A stretch of DNA of 24,505 bases from a virus (lineage: Duplodnaviria; Caudoviricetes), in IMG/VR virus record IMGVR_UViG_3300033562_000092, positions 1 to 24,505 of that record, one strand, 5' to 3'. The position numbers and the translations under genes were made by a program. This document shows, piece by piece, positions 23,922 through 24,505 of the stretch. The number at the start of each line of letters is the position of its first letter. Positions within the stretch are counted from its first letter, which is position 1. The notes beneath the pieces were generated by a model. That model was not told where the DNA came from, searched no databases, and saw nothing but the letters and a program-made list of their open reading frames with translations.

Positions 23922-24505
23922 AAAACGCTCCATTTTTTGAATCCGTTAGTCATCACGCGATTACCTGTACCCGTAACCGCTACCGCAACGAACAGTCGTA
24001 ACTCGGGAGACCAGCAGACGGAATACCAACCATAATCTGCTGCGCTGGTGCGTAATGTCCATGTGATGCCATCGTTGCTAGTCATCACGCGATTACCTGT
24101 ACCCGTAACCGCTACCGCAACGAACAGGCACAACTCGGGAGACCAACAGATGGAGTGCCAACCATTATCCGCTGCGCTTGTTGCGCAAGTCCATGTGATG
24201 CCATCGTTGCTAGTCATCACGCGATTACCTGTACCTGAATACGCTACAGCAACGAACAGTCGTAACTCGGGAGACCAGCAGACGGAGCGCCAACCATAAT
24301 CTGCTGCGCTTGTTGCGCAAGTCCATGTGATGCCATCGTTGCTAGTCATCACGCGATTACCTGTACCTGTACCCGTATCCGCTACAGCAACGAACAGTCG
24401 TAACTCGGGAGACCAACAGACGGAGCTCCAACCATTATCCGCTGCGCTTGTTGCGCAAGTCCATGTGATGCCATCGTTGCTAGTCATCACGCGATTACCT
24501 GTACC
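23918..24505 (-). CDS. Asp-box/BNR-repeat beta-propeller protein (5' end beyond the window)
   Basis: 44-aa repeats MTSNDGITWT...SAAD.GW.SVCWSPEL.LFVAVA..GTGNRV with SxDGxTW Asp-box; frame open to window edge. Confidence 0.85.
   Translation of the reverse strand, partial: GTGNRVMTSNDGITWTCATSAADNGWSSVCWSPELRLFVAVADTGTGTGNRVMTSNDGITWTCATSAADYGWRSVCWSPELRLFVAVAYSGTGNRVMTSNDGITWTCATSAADNGWHSICWSPELCLFVAVAVTGTGNRVMTSNDGITWTLRTSAADYGWYSVCWSPELRLFVAVAVTGTGNRVMTNGFKKWSVL
23947..24505. repeat. Coding tandem repeat, 132-nt unit (one 138-nt unit), at least 4.2 copies
   Basis: GTCATCACGCGATTACCTGTACC recurs at 23949, 24081, 24213, 24345, 24483. Confidence 0.97.

Noticed and set aside
23947-24505. Possible CRISPR array
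   Set aside because: Units are 132/138 nt, similar along their whole length, in frame and coding; no unique spacers or cas genes
1-24505. Stop-codon reassignment
   Set aside because: TAA, TAG and TGA all end full-length, tightly packed genes under the standard code

Overview
About 24.5 kb of a tailed phage genome (contractile tail, myovirus type). Bases 1-3116 hold a short rightward replication/regulatory block: a DnaG-type Zn-finger/TOPRIM primase, a sigma-factor-like gene and small ORFs, interrupted by a leftward two-gene cassette. Bases ~3113-22192 on the minus strand form a nearly complete late region: DUF2213-type head protease/scaffold, cement protein, major capsid protein, neck/head-tail genes, sheath, two tandem tube paralogs, frameshifted tail chaperone, tape measure, baseplate, spike, tail fibre and lysis cassette. 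Upstream are a beta-rich virion-type protein, a YD-like mini-protein and a truncated 132-nt tandem-repeat beta-propeller gene. No terminase, portal, integrase, tRNA, rRNA, CRISPR or reverse transcriptase is visible. Most notable: (1) arrays of DnaA-box-like 9-mers at exact 11-bp phasing over several TATATT promoters, two of which appear leaderless; (2) a patatin phospholipase translationally coupled inside the lysis cassette; (3) one inserted domain shared by capsid cement and tail sheath; (4) hypervariable, largely AAY-derivable codons in the propeller repeats. Family names come from motif and synteny recognition, not from database searches.
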